Shown in pieces: positions 27,171-41,341 of a stretch of DNA of 64,000 bases. Position numbers and translations under genes: made by a program. Position 1 is the stretch's first letter; every line of letters begins with the position of its first letter. The notes under the pieces were generated by a model, which worked only from the letters and a program-made list of their open reading frames with translations, did not search any database and had not been told where the DNA came from. Source of the DNA: Sphyrna mokarran (Eukaryota); contig JAGIQG010000023.1 in NCBI GenBank assembly GCA_024679065.1, positions 41,230,001 through 41,294,000 of the forward strand, written 5' to 3'.

Positions 27171-27736
27171 GCAAAGCCATTTCTGAAATTTCGAAGATCA
27201 GGGAGGGAAGCATTGAGTGAGGCAGAGGCGCTGAGCATGAGGGTCAGAGAAGGAAGTATTAAGAAAGGGGGTCAGAGTGGCCACTGAAATCTTGGAAGTT
27301 TTATTCTAATTTTTTTTGTGTGGCGTAGACTTGAATCTGAAACCCCAGAATTTTGCAGATTTACTTCCAATCCTTTTTCTACCCACTAACTGGAATTTTA
27401 CTGCTCCAATCCCAAAGTGAGTGAGACTCGCAGAACGGAAATCTCCATTGGCCTTGAATGGGATTTTATGATCTCACCCGTGTGAGGTTGTAAAATCCCA
27501 CCCACTCTTCTTGTAGTATTATATTTTGAAGCCAATTTGTTTTAGTCCATGTCCACTGAATTTTTTTAAAAATTGAATTGAAATTTGCAATTTATAGAAT
27601 GGCAGATTGGTTCCACTTTTCTTTCAGATATTTTTGCTGGAAACATCTTGCCAATCCAAGTAAATGGGTAGAGGGAGTTTTTACTGTTTCATCTAATAAC
27701 AAACTAAAATGTGTCACCTGTTTTGTTTCTTGGCAG

Positions 27737-27937
27737 CATGCAAATCCTGGGCACACAGGACCGTTTTCTGCAGCCTCGGTGCACAATAGCATTCCAAATC
27801 CAACCAGTCCCACCACAGCTAGTTTGGCTGGTGCAAACCGTGGACCCACCAGTCCCACAGTTGCCACAATAGAACTGATTCCTTCCGTTACTAACCCAGA
27901 GAACCTTCCTCCGCTTCCAGATATCCCACCCATTCAG
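27737..27937 (+). CDS. TRIM33: TRIM33 coding exon, linker
   Basis: tggcag / gtgagt; 201 nt; HANPGHTGPF...IELIPSVTNPENLPPLPDIPPIQ. Confidence 0.95.
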
Positions 27938-28449
27938 GTGAGTATCACGAGATTTCTGTTGAATAGATTGTTCCTTCTGCCTTGTCAGTTAATAAAATGC
28001 TACAGATGTTGAGTAACCATTGTCATTTGTCAACTACTAATTAAGTTCTGAATCTGAATAAAATAAATTTCCAGTAATGTATGCCATTAAATAGACAATA
28101 GATGGTAGCTGAGTGTCAGCCTTTAATTTAATTTAATTGTAAATCTGTTAGACTGAAATATGACATGATTAAGACAGTTTGAGGGGCAGCATTCCAGTGT
28201 TAACAATCCCTCAACCCAGCATTTTATGATATCATGTATGAGCAATCAAAATTCAAAATATGTACCTCCTGGTTACATGTAACTGTTCCAGCCAGATGAA
28301 CTGCATGTCTGTAGAAATCTTCCTGCAATAATTTGAAGATCTAGTCACATGCAGTAAATGTTTCTGAGTCCAACTGAAAGGATTTGTATTTTTGGCCAAG
28401 AATAATTGCATCTATGATATAGACAGTAATTGTGCATAGTTTCAAAACT

Positions 28450-28960
28450 GTACACCACAAAAACAGATCTTCTGGCTCAATTTTTCTGATGAGTTTATGC
28501 TCCACATGAGCTTCTTTTGACTTGACTTCATGTTACCCTATCAGCATTCTTTTTGCCCCTCATGTATTTTCTCTTCCTTCACCAACACCAAACTAACCTG
28601 TTATTTGCCTCAACTACTCTGGTTCCACATTCTTGTTATTCTTTAGGTAGAGGTTACTCCTGAATTTCCTGTTAGATTTAATAGTAGCTTTCTTATATTT
28701 TTACTGTCTGATTTTGGTTTCATTCTAAGGAAGTCCATTTTCATGTGTGCCCAATCAAACTATTTCAATGTCTTAAATACCTCTGTTGGGTCACCTGTCC
28801 ACTTTCTCTTAGGAGTAAAGAGCCTTAGCCTGCTCAGCCTTTCCTGATAAATGCAGACTTTCACTGTACTAACATTTATGTTATTCTTTATTGTATCTAC
28901 TCAAATTCCTACTATGCCAATTTCATAATGGGGAGACTACAAATATGGGCACTCAAGTAT
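28450..28960 (-). mobile_element. Old CR1-type LINE 3' fragment
   Basis: Reverse degenerate RT C-terminus. Confidence 0.55.
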
Positions 28961-29281
28961 ATCTTTTTTTAAACTGGACCTGATAACCCTGCATTTTATT
29001 TTCACTTGCGTTCTGATCTAGCTCTTAATAAATTTATATTTGTATACTAAATATGGGAATCCAACTATAGAATATCCATTACTTTTAGTTGATATCAGTG
29101 TCATCTGTCTAGTTTCATTCAATCTCAATAGGAAAAGGGAATACACAAGCCCATTGTGTTAAAACAAAAAAACACATTTTAGCCCAGTCAGCCCTTCGTT
29201 ATGTAAGGCTTACAGCATGATTTTAACTATTCTCTTTAAAAAAAAACATTCCTTTGCATATTACCTTTGATTCTTCTGCAG

Positions 29282-29429
29282 CTGGATGATGCTGGATCAA
29301 GTACATTAGATAATTTGTTGAGCAGATTTATCTCGGACAGTCACCACCAGCCGCCACCACTGCCACCACCTTCCTCCTCTGGTTCAAACCCATCCCCAGG
29401 ACCCTCAGCACCATCCCCTGGACCAGCAA
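29282..29429 (+). CDS. TRIM33: TRIM33 coding exon, linker
   Basis: ctgcag / gtaagc; 148 nt, phase 0/1; LDDAGSSTLDNLLSRFISDSHHQPPPLPPPSSSGSNPSPGPSAPSPGPA. Confidence 0.92.
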
Positions 29430-30340
29430 GTAAGCAAATGCATTGTGCTGTGAGTAACTACACAAATATATTGATTTGGCTAGTAAGTACAACCTGTAAT
29501 CTAATAAATATTTTTATGGCACTAATTTTGTACAGTTCTATTAACTACTTCTCATGGAACTCCTACCTGCAATGAAATGTACTGCTAAAAAGATTGAGGC
29601 AAATTGGGTATATACTTGAATGGAAAAAAGGGCTATGAGGAAAGAGTTGGGAAATGGGACGTTTTAGATATTTCTACTCTGGGCATGATGGACCAAATAG
29701 CTCCTTATATTCTGTGATTGTGTAACCTCCAGAATGCTTGTTATGAAGGGACCACTGATTCTCTTGGGTGCATGTTGTTAAAAGCTGAAAGGTTGCAATA
29801 TTTTGAATGATGTTGTGCTGTGAGATAAAATCAGGCAAACACTGTTGATGTGTTTGTTAGAGGAGATTCTCCTCATTGTGGCTTTGGCCCCTTTATGGAA
29901 AAGGGTTTTTAAGATGGAATTTCATGTTTCTGATATGCTGAAAGTCTATACTGTAATTACAAAGGGATTGAGTTTTAAGAAATTGGTAATGTTTCATTTT
30001 TGTTTAAGCTCTCAATGACATTGTAGTAATTGTAATTTATTTCTTGTTGAAAATTTTACTGCATTTAAAGCAGATTGTGGTATATATCTCCCAATTTGAC
30101 AGAAACATTAATACAAGAAACTCGTACAAAATTCAGTTGGTGGTTTTTATTATGTATTATTAATATTCGGATGTCTATCTTCAAGAGCTGTCCACCAGAA
30201 TTGGTTCTGCTGACACTTTTGTGTTTTTTTTGTGCTACAGGGATCAGTTGCACTGTTAACTGGCCCAGCATGTGCCAGCTTCCTAATTGCTAAATTAATC
30301 TCATTTCTTTTCTTCAAAAATCCCACAACAATTAACTCTT

Positions 30341-30561
30341 GCAGAAAATGCTGAAAAATCTCCGCAGGTCTGACAGCAACTGTGGAGAGAGTATGGAGCT
30401 AATGTCTCAGGTCTGGATGACCCTTTGTCAGAGTTCTGTCAAAGGGTCATCCAAACTCTAGGTTGACTCAATACTCCCTCCATAGATGCTGTCAGACCTG
30501 CTGAGATTTTCCAGCCTTTTCTGGTTTTGTTTCAGATTCCAGCATCCAATATTTTGTCTTT
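30341..30561. mobile_element. Palindromic Penelope-like insertion with 14-bp TSD
   Basis: Inverted arms centred near 30433 (tggatgacccttt / aaagggtcatcca); aacaattaactctt at 30327-30340 and 30562-30575. Confidence 0.75.
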
Positions 30562-31888
30562 AACAATTAACTCTTTTTGTACAAGAAAAAGTAGCATCAT
30601 GAAAACGTTGGGGATAGTTTAGAACATTCAGTAGGTAACTGTCATCCTCCATGCAGCACAACTGCTCAAGGTCTCAGCACTATCTCCTGTGACTAGATTG
30701 TAGTTGAGTGATCCAAAAAAACCCCTTTATGGTCACTATTTGTACGAGGCCTGTTTTGAGGTTACTTGACTCTCAAAGCGTTGCTCTGCGAAGCCTACAC
30801 AGGGTAATTCGCTTCTGATAGCCTCACCTCGTGTGTGGCAGAAATTACTAAATTAGATAACATAACTTTCAAGCTCTCAAGTTAGAGTAACTATATTCCC
30901 CAAAGATACACTGGGACATCCCCAATCCAACTGCTGAAAAGTTCCAAGGTAAGGTTTGCACAGCTATTGCCGAAGAAATACAAAGTTACAATGGGAAATT
31001 GTCTGCATTAGAAACTCAAACTTCAGATGGTTACCTACCACAACCACCACCCACCCAGTGCGCCCCCCCACCCCAGTCAGTCCTTTCAGTTCTTGGCAAA
31101 TTAAATAATTTCAGATCAGTCATGTGGGTTTGATTAGATATTATCGAGCACTGGTAACGAATTGTTTCAAAACTGTTGCTACTGGGTATTTAAAATGACT
31201 TGTGTGGAAGATACCTTAGTACTTAACACTTGCCTTACTCTCAACCAATATTCATATTCCATTCAATGTTTTGATTCAAAAGTTATTTCCTCTACTCAGT
31301 ATTTTGTGTCTAAAAGTAGAGTTTACCATTGTGGATGTTGAAAGGGTTAACTGTTATGGGGCTGTATATAGTGGGCCAAAGAAAAATTACATCAACCTTT
31401 TATCCTTTAGGACAGCTACTTGTTTGGAAGGTGATGTCAACTGCACCCAGATTATGGGTATTGAAATTAAATCTTGTTCAAGGACAACATATGATATTTG
31501 GCTGAATTTCATATTAATGGCACTGATGCTTGTAACATTTCTACTGTAACACGTGCCTTCAGTAAGATAATTTTTAAGTACACTTTTATTGAATTTTTGA
31601 TATTCTAGAGAATGTTTGTCATTTTTTTCAAACTGCAGGGAAGACATGCGCCTTGCACTTCATGGTCAAAATCTAAAAATTTGTACACAATAGCAGAACT
31701 AAGGTGTAAGGATTCATATAGTTGACTCAATACACCAAAGCAATCTTAGAGTCCTTGATAGGCATGGGATTTAGAGTACTGGAGGCATAATTCCATGATT
31801 TTCCCACAGGCTATCATACAGCATATTGTAATTTCAATAAGTTAATGTATACAGACAAACCTAGGCAACAATATCTAATATTTTTCAG

Positions 31889-31964
31889 TTGCAGCCTTGG
31901 CAATGGCTAACTCTCACACTCCAGTCAGACCCTCAAGTACCTCCAGCACTGGTAGCAGAGGCAG
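31889..31964 (+). CDS. TRIM33: TRIM33 short coding exon (alternative in-frame start at 31895)
   Basis: tttttcag / gtaagt; 76 nt, phase 1/2; (I)AALAMANSHTPVRPSSTSSTGSRG(S). Confidence 0.9.
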
Positions 31965-32882
31965 GTAAGTGCTTTAAAGGTGTAAAACTTTAATAGCTTA
32001 CTTAGACAGGAATTATGCTGACTTTGCTGTGAAGTTTTTTTGATTGTGTTGCCAAAGAAACTTCAGTATGATTTTGGAGTTTCATCATTTCATCACATTT
32101 TCTTGCATTGCTTGAGAGTAACAGTGTACTGTAGCTTTACAAGTCATATGTGAAAAGTTTCCAGAATGTATACGGTTTCCTAGGAAACTTTTCTTAAGTT
32201 TATTTTAGTTTCTTTTTGTTATAAGGAAGTAAATGATGCTGTTGTTATGCTCAAATTAACAATCCAGGAGCAGAACTCGGCAAGCTTGGTGTTCTTGTAT
32301 TGTTGATCTATGTATGATGATGATAAGATGCAACCACTTTGTGCTTAATATTTGTAGTATAACAGTAAGCTGCAAAATAGTTCAAATCCAGTATTGTATT
32401 GTGCAATTTTTCGGTTTCCATAGAATTCAGGAGGAGTAGGCCATTTAGCCTTTGAAGCCTTCAAATTTAATATCCTGATCTATCTCTCTCTATTTCTCCA
32501 TCCTCCTTCCAAATCTTGAGTTCCTTTTCCTCTTTCAGGAATCCAAATTGAGATTTTTCAACGGTTAACTTTGGTTTTCAGAGCTCCTTTTTCATTCTCA
32601 CTAACTATTACTGAATGCAGTCTCATAGTAAAATAACGTTTCATTTTTGTGTATTTGAAGCTTTCACTCTTTAGAAAGATATGGTAGCAGAGCTACTAGA
32701 GAGTATGTGATATTAAATTGTTTAAATTGGAATACAGTACTTCAATTTAGTATAGTTGAATGCTTTATCCTTTTGCAATAGCATAAACTTGTCTATGTAT
32801 AAATTCTCGAATGATTTTGTCTTCGTGCTTTGTGATGGCATTGCCCTGTCAGGTATCAGCCCACAATTGTTGGACTTCATAA

Positions 32883-33590
32883 TATGACGATGCTGTGCCT
32901 TTAAGAAACTTATTTATATCGTTGTTTGTAAGGGCCGTATTTAAGATTCAGCTCTGTTCACACGGTGCTGATTTGTCTGCACTGGGCAGCTCGTATCTGG
33001 GAATGCAGACTAATGATCGATTTTTAGCTAGGGGTGTGTTTTTAATCTGAGTAATGGATCCTTGTTTGTTTTGGTTTCAGAATCGGGTTTTGATTAGGTT
33101 GATTGATGAGACAGTAATGTGCTAGTGGGAGGTGTTAAGCTTACAGAGAAAAGCCAGCACTTGCTGAAAGAAGCAAGAGGTGCTTCTAACTCTGGAGGTT
33201 GCTAAGTATCAGAAGACAAATGTGTCTCTCCAGAGGTATTCAAAATTTCTAGGACTGTTAGCAAGTAAAAACATGCAAACCTGCGCTGTTTGCTACCTGA
33301 TTTTGAAGAGGCATTTAAGTCTATAAGAGGAATATTGCTTGAATTGGAGGTAATAGAGATAGATTAGCAGTTATGTTTAAGTATTTCAATTGGTAAAAAT
33401 TAAGCTAATTCATTTGTTATAATTAAACTGTATTGTTAAAGTTTGTTTTGATAAAAAGATCTTAATGTGTCAATAGAATCACACCTGGAGTGAAACACAT
33501 TATCCTCACACTAATGTCTGAACAAATAAATAGTTGGAGCCTGGTCTAACTTCATAACATATCTTGGGGTTTCTGATTTGGCCCCTAACA
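32883..33590 (+). mobile_element. Probable solo LTR (Gypsy-like)
   Basis: About 710 bp, ends cctaaca, AATAAA about 60 nt from the end; starts tatgacgatgctgtgcctttaag (decayed TG); flanks ataa / aaaa; left boundary uncertain. Confidence 0.45.
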
Positions 33591-34139
33591 AAAACAATAA
33601 GCAAAACCTTTTAATGTATATTTTTGTTGAGAGAATGTGATAAATTAGAAATGAAGAAAAACCAAGTCAGTTACAATCAGTAAAGGAGTTTGGAAGATGT
33701 CTAAGCTTTAAAGAATGGTTAACTTCCTGGAACATCCCCACACAAATAAACTTTTCAGTTGATTATCACTTTTTTTTGCAAAGAAAAAACTCCTTCTGGA
33801 AACTTGATGGGGTGGTGGAGGCTGGGGAGCAGGGGGAATATCAAATCAACTTTAAGCTAAGATGCAAGTAAAGTCGGCAGTAATCTTTAATGTATCTTAT
33901 ATAAAATGAAAGTGGATGAGGAAAAAAAGGGGAGGGGGGCATTTCATATAGGGGAACGGAAAGTATTGATGTTTTACATTGTTAGTGTGATAGCAACAGT
34001 CAGGAGAGATGTGGAAGGGTCGCTATCTGATGCGCAACTGCAACAGTGATATTCCTTCTCTTGCAATGAATGACAGTTCGGCAGACCACTTTAACCAGAA
34101 GTAGGATAGGTGGCTTAACACAGATGAGACACAGAAATG

Positions 34140-35210
34140 CAGCTTAACTCGCACCCGATTGATGGTGTAGGGGATAACATTGGTATGGATAGGAGATTGG
34201 TTAGCTAATGAGAAACAGAATTGGCATAAATGGGGCCTTTTTCTGGTTGGCAGGATGTGACGAGTAGAGTGCCAAAGGGATCAGTGCTGGAGCCTCAACC
34301 TTCCGCAATTTATAGAAATTACGGATGAGTGAACCAAAGGTGTGGTTGCTAAATTCGATGATGACAAAGACATGCAGGAAAGTAAATTGTGAAGAGGACT
34401 CGAGGAGGCTACAAAGGGATACAAGATGCATCAAGTGAATGGGCAAAGATCTGGCAAACGGGAGTATGATGTGGAGAAATATGAAATTTTCCATTTTGAC
34501 AGGAAGGATAAATAAGCATACCTAAATGGTTTGAGATTGCAGAGTGACTGAAATACAGAGGGATTTTGCTGTTCTAGCGCATGAATCACAAAAGGTATAG
34601 CAAGTAATTAAGAAAGCAAATGTTATCATTTATTGTGAAGGAAATTGATCACAAAAATAACAAGATTTATGCTTCAGCAGTGCAGAACATTGCTGCACTA
34701 CGTCTGGAGGACTGTACAGTACTGGTTTCCTTAAGGAAAGATGTAAAGATGCTTTAGAAGCAGTTCATAAAAGGTTTATTAATACCAGGAATAGGCAGGT
34801 AGTCCTATGAGAAAAAGTTGATAAGTTAGATGTGTATCCACTGGAGTTTGAGTGACAAGTGATTTGATTGAAACCTAAAAGTTCCTGAGGGGACTTAACA
34901 GGTCAATGTGGAAAAGATGTTTCCTCTTGTGAGAGATCTAGAAATATGTGAAACTTTAAAAATCACATTCTCTTTTAAAATGGAGATGGGAATTGTTTTT
35001 GAGGGTTGAGCCTCTGGAACACACTTCCTCAAAAAGCGATGGAAGCAGAGTCTTTAAATATTCTTAAGATCAAACTAGATAAATTCTTGATTATCAAGGA
35101 ATGGAAGGTTATCATAGGCAGACAAACATGGGGTTGCAATTAGATCAACCATGATCTAATTGAATGACAAAGTGGGCTTCAGGGGCTGAGTGGTCTGCCC
35201 CTAATTTTAT
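34140..35210 (+). mobile_element. CR1-type LINE 3' fragment
   Basis: gttgctaaattcgatgatgac (KFADD-like) through tagatcaaccatgatc...ggggctgagtggtctg tail. Confidence 0.85.
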
Positions 35211-38064
35211 GACCCCACATTCTCTAACTGTAGTCACTGCAATAGGTAACCTGGATCTATTGCATTTGTTGCTTGTGTTTCAGGAGCATATTTGTGGCTT
35301 TAGTGTTTGATGCTGATGTGTTGCTTCACCCCCTGATTTTGTGCTACACAGGAACTTGATGCAACCTGATGGTTGGGATATCATTCGACTCTGATGCTTG
35401 GCATGTGTGCTACCGCACACTTTCCCATTGCTCTTTCAATCACAGTTTCTCTCCCACATTTGCTGCTATTAGATATATTTCAGTCTCAGCAAGTGTGGTA
35501 GAGAAGTGGCCTGTGATTGCAGTAATCACTTCTTACAGATTATTACATTCATGTACAAGGCTGACTTTTCTCTCATTGGTTGCCCCCACGATTAAATTTT
35601 CCCAGGCTTTTTGGGGGCTTTTGAGGGAGAATTTGCCTGCTATCCCCATGTAGTTTGAACTCTACCTCCTTCCTCTTTCAATCTGACATGGAAATAAAAA
35701 AATGGGGATATTTCTGGGGACTTCTTCAGAAATAAACCTTTTTGAAAAAATCAGTTATTAAAACACCTATTAGTCTGCCAATTAGATATATTCTAGATTT
35801 CCACCAAGATTAATCCTTTCCATTGAAATACATGTTTTCATAGAGTATGTTACATTTTTAGTTATCTGTAAATGCCTTTTCTAGCTCATTCTGCTATTTC
35901 AAATAAAAAAAATAACTTGTATCTATTTGAGATTGGTGTCATCAGGCTGTCCCAAAGCACTTTACATACAAAGAAATACTAACGTAGAACAGTATAGCAC
36001 AGACAGGCCCTTTGGTCCACAAGTTGTGTCCATCATATCCATACCTACCAGGCTTATTTATAACTCTCAATCCAGTTAAATTGAAGTTTAGTTACTGTTA
36101 TGACAAACACAACAAACATTTTATGAATTTATTTGATCTGTGGATATGGACAACATTTAAGATCCACCCTGAGTTGGGGGCAATGGGCAGGTGGCAATGA
36201 GTTATTTTTATTACTGCAGTCTTTCTGATAGTGTTCCCACAATAATGTTAGGTAGGAATTGCAGGATATTGAACTAGCTTTGAAAGAATGGTGATTGTTC
36301 AAGTGAGGATGGTTTTTGCTTTTGAAAAGAACTTACATATATTGGGATGGATGGTAGAATCTGATTTTTGCAAACCAACTGCCATGTTTCTCTACACATT
36401 AATCACTGCACATTTGAAGTGCTTAATGTTTGTTAATGCACAATATATATTTTTTCTTGCTCACAACTGGGAAGGTTAGGAGAGAACTAACATTTTGTTG
36501 AGATGGTAATGGAATCTTAACTTATTCGGTTGCTATATCAAAGAATGCTGTTTCTTTCTGTAGCAAGCCAATCTGAACTGATCAGCTGAAAAAAGTGCTG
36601 TTGTGTTTCTGGACTCTCAGTATCAAGTTAATATGAAAGCATCTGGTCCTAGTGGATCAAAAAGCTCATCTCTGTAAGGGTGCTAACCACATAAGTAAGG
36701 GATGCCTACTCTTAATCAGTGCTTGATAACATTGTACAATAGATTTCTGTTGAAATAGCAGTCAGCTAAATCATGACTAATTTGACCAATAAGAACACAG
36801 ACGGTTAATTAAGTCAGAGCAACCAAGGAAAGATAACATAATATATAAATCATGGGAACTTGGATTAAATTTTTAAATTTGCTCAAGCAATTCTCAGCTA
36901 TCAGAGCAAAATGCGTTTGATTTCTTTTTGTCTTTCTTTCCTTCTTCTCCCTCTGCCCCCACATTGTAATAACATGTACACTTAAAGTTTAGTCTCTCTA
37001 TTAGAAATGAGATTTTTAAAAATTCTTTCCTTTTGAACTGGTAATGTTATGATAGATCTCACCAGCATGTTTGCTTCTTTAAGAAATCTCGATTGTAGTT
37101 TAGAATTTGTATTGTTTTTCATCTTCTATATCATGAGCTCATAAACCACATCTCCTTGGGCTGGGAGTTTCCAGTCACGCCACTTGCTATTGAGGTCAGT
37201 GGTCCGATGATTCCCATGGTGGGCTGGACCGGAAAGTTTACCCCTTGGTGAAAAGAGACATTACTAAAAAGAGGAACCCAACAATATCCAAGACATTATA
37301 GAGTGCTGGAACTTGCTAAAATGTTCCAGAGAATGATGAACAATGGGCTTGTCCATTTTCATCTTAGTGTGAATTAGACCAGACCTTCAAACTTTATTAC
37401 ATTAATCTTGAGTTGCAAGTGAATGTGTAAGAAATAAGTCTGGTCCAAAATAGTCCCAGAAGAAGCTAGCATTATAATTCACCACTTTACGCTACTGCTA
37501 ATAAAACGTGCATTTTGGAATGGTAGAATTAGTCATGTTTTGAACACTTAAGTGTAGAATTAAGTTGCCCCATGTGCTGTCACAATATTGCATCTCAGCC
37601 TTATCTTCCAAAGCTTTCCTTAGTGTTTATTTCTAACACCAGTTAACTATTGACTTCTCTAAGATAGCTGGTTTCACATGATGCTGATATTTTTTTTTTG
37701 AGTGAGACATGTAAAATTACATTTTGTTGTAATTCTATGTAGTTTGATGGAGAGCGACCAAGCTTATTACATGTAGAGCCATCACAGACGGGCAGATGAC
37801 GTTCATGGGTTCACTTGAGGCAGAGTAATTTATTACTTCCTTTAATTTGGATCTGATCAAAGCAGGGAAATTTGGTTTGAATCATCCTGATTTACATTTA
37901 ATGCAAGTCAGTTTATATGTAGTTCAAGAGCTCTGTAGCAACCATATATCATTGCTATGCATTTTGTATAAAATTTCATAAACCTATGAATTTACATTTG
38001 TGTGATTGAAGTGAACTGGAAATGAATTGAAATGAACTTACTGATAATAAGTCTTCCTTTACAG

Positions 38065-38233
38065 CTGTAGCTCTTCTGGTAAAGCTCAAGGTACAGAGAG
38101 AGGGATCTCAGTCTTCCGACCAGATCAGATCAAAGTGAAGCAAGAGCCAGGCACAGAGGATGATGTGTGCAGTTTCTCCGGTGCTTCTATAAAACATGAG
38201 CATTTAGAAGATGGCCGGAGAAGTGCTTGCATG
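38065..38233 (+). CDS. TRIM33: TRIM33 coding exon with SUMO-type VKQE and IKHE motifs
   Basis: ttacag / gtaaat; 169 nt, phase 2/0; CSSSGKAQGTERGISVFRPDQIKVKQEPGTEDDVCSFSGASIKHEHLEDGRRSACM. Confidence 0.94.
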
Positions 38234-39872
38234 GTAAATTTGAAATACTTCTGGCTTAATCAAAAAAAATCTGCTGCATTTTTCAGTGGCAGTTCATTGT
38301 TTGAATGAGAAGTTAATTCGAGCCACAGCTTAAAATATGTATTTCTTTTAATTGCAGCTTAATGCATTCAGGCCATGTGTCAGCAATGTCTGTAGCCATT
38401 ATTTTAGTGTAGAAGCCAATTGATAGTTGAAAAATTTCTCTAATTTTATACGAAATCTTATAACTGACATTGACTTGTAAAACAGTTTGCAGAACTGGAT
38501 GCTGCTGCACCTTTTTGATAAAGACTATACATCCTTGGTAGTTTCAGATAGGCGGTATATATTTCATTGCCTTCCTAGTTGGCAACTAATAGGCAATGAT
38601 ACTGAGAAGTAAGCTGTATAAAGTATAGTGTTGATAAGCTCTGTGATAGTGTCACTGTAAATATGTGCTTTTCACTCCCATTCATTTGAATATACCTCAA
38701 TTGTCTGAATACCTTCAGACTTGGTTTCTGTCTTAATGCATCATTTACATCGCACAAGGGTATATATAAAAGATATATGCTGCATTTATTTGTGATACAC
38801 AATTGGAACTTTTATTATAAATATTGCGTTATTCTCCTTCCTGCTGTGATTTGGTTGCAAATTGGCAATGTACACGCACAACCTATAAGTTCTCTGTTAC
38901 TAATAAAACAGTTGAATGGCAACAGTGAGAAGCAATCTAAGGGAGAAGTATATTTATAAAAATGATACAATTAGAGAGGTTCAAATGATGAATACAAACT
39001 GCTCAGGTATTCTTCCATCATTTGAAATTTAATCTCAACTCCACTGAATGCGTTACTCCTCTAACGTATTCCTTGGCCCATATTCTGTATAGTACAGGAG
39101 TGTACATTCAGAGCTGATTTCATTCAGATTGCTTTTCACATGGAGAACTTTCTATAAAGAACATTTGGCTTCCTGAATAAAAAGGAATATTTTATCAGAT
39201 TCCTTTTTGTTTACATGAAAGTTGTGCACAAAAGATAGAAATTCCCAAAGAAACAGAGGTGGGTTCAAAGTGAAGCTGACTTCTGAGCTTTTAGTGTTGA
39301 TGACTAGCTGCTTTTTCAATGCTAGTTTTGGCACAATCATCATTTTTTCTGTAACAGTAAAGGTGAGTTAAAGAAGGTTATTAGAATTTAGATAATCAAG
39401 GAAGAATTAGGCCATTCATAGTGTATTTCATTTTTTTGAAGAGAAAGCATTTTAATCTGAATAAGAATTGTATAAGGTAGAACAACAAAACCTCCACCTT
39501 TGAAAGCAACGGAGATATTTTAGCATTTGCCATGATGGCAAGACAACCTTACAAGACTCTTTAAAATTTAAAGTACAATTTTTGCACATGAATATTTTCC
39601 ATATGGAGACTTGGCATTAAGGGAAAATAGACGAGATGCTTGCCTTCAAGGAGAAAGGGGAATCACTAGATTTACTAGAGACAGGCTCGGTCTTCCTGGC
39701 TACCTTAACGATTAGGAGCGTTTTCACTCCCTACACCTTTGGCCAAGTGATAGTGTGTGGGCTGCTGAGTAACTAACTTGAATATTGAGGTTCAAGAGAA
39801 ATTAAATTTCATGAAGTTTGCTTAGAAGATTGATTTCTGAATAATCCACATGCTAACCTCCTCCAAATTTAG

Positions 39873-40225
39873 ATGAGCAGTCCTGAAAGCAGCTTGACAC
39901 CACCTCTTTCCAACAACTTGCACTCTGAGAGCGAGACTGATATAGAGGGTCTTCGGCAAGTTGAAAACCATGTGAAGATGGAAGCTTCTGATAAGACAGG
40001 GAGTTGCAGACAGTTGAGCAACACCATTAATGGAAAGTCCCCAATCCGTAATTTCGCACATCGCTCACCACGAGTAGGAGGGGACAACAGCAATAACAAA
40101 GATGAAGACCCTAATGAGGATTGGTGCGCTGTGTGTCAGAATGGAGGAGATCTACTGTGTTGTGATAAGTGTCCAAAGGTTTTCCACCTAGCATGTCATG
40201 TACCTACACTTCTCAATTTTCCTAG
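39873..40225 (+). CDS. TRIM33: TRIM33 coding exon, linker and PHD finger N-part
   Basis: branch-point-like tgctaac then atttag; donor gtaagt; 353 nt; ...[39 protein letters not shown]. Confidence 0.97.
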
Positions 40226-41341
40226 GTAAGTCTGCCCTATCCTTAACATTAGATAATAGCAGCAGCAGCGAGTTTCAGGTTTATTTCTCCTGAAATGCGC
40301 AGTAAGTAGCAATGATTTATCATATGCGAGTATAATAATTTGTTGTTCAGTTTGCCTTTAATAATATCTTTTGATGTTTGAACTTGTTCCAAATTAAACA
40401 GAAGCTTGTACAGTGGATTTTATCCATTGTATGTATACTGTTCTAAATTTAGCTGCATGATGCATGGGTCTGTAATACATTTCACACTTAATGCTGAATA
40501 TGAACTCCCAAACAAATTTGGCTTTGGGCGCAAACAACTGGATGTTTGAATGTCATTTCAGTGGCCTGTGTCATAAAGTAGCAGGTTTATTGAATATGAT
40601 TTCCTTTTCTCCTTAAAAAGGAGCACTAATTAAATAACAGTACCCTGAACAAGCAAACTTCAGCTTGTATTCACTCACTTATTCTAATTAGAGCCTCCCC
40701 AACAAAGAGAAAGCCCTATTAGCCCTCAGTGCATTGACATTGAAGTTCAGTGCCTGAATCTGGAAATACCGTATAAAGTATTATAATACAGGACAAGCAA
40801 GCACTTCTCAAATTCTGTAAAACTTGTCTCAGGGTACATTTTTTTTAAACAAGATTTAAAGCAACCTTGGGTCCTAATCAGTGATGTATGTTTTATATCA
40901 ATTTTACAAATGAATAAAATCAGTACAGAAACAGACCACTATGCACTTGACATAGGTGCAGTGGCATTGTGACAAGGAATCTAAATCATTCTGTGGATGC
41001 AGGTGTGATGTGCACATACATATTCACAATGTTCAAAAGACAGTTGGAGAAGTAATAGCAAAATCGGAAGAAGTAAAGCAAAATAAGAAATCTGAAAAAA
41101 GAGGAAGATAAAAATACACAAATGAAAAACGTGTAAAAATGGAAAAACAAAACCAGGCCTATATATAGTGCTAAAAATTGGATATGAGTAAAATGAATTA
41201 CTCAGTCCTGCACTGTAAAGTACTCGTAACTTTTGAACCTGTGGTTAATGCCATTAAAATTATTGATATGCATGTTTCTAATTTGCCTAGAGTATTTGAC
41301 GATTAAAGACTATTTTGACCCTCTTTTTGTTCCTACTTAAG

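Noticed and set aside
27592-27933. Antisense ORFs over TRIM33 exons (also 23047-23316 and 39822-40099)
   Set aside because: Expected shadows of coding sequence; no independent gene signals
29426-29431. Alternative GC donor (gcaagt) 4 nt upstream of the GT donor
   Set aside because: It gives phase 0, incompatible with the next exon; the canonical gtaagc keeps frame
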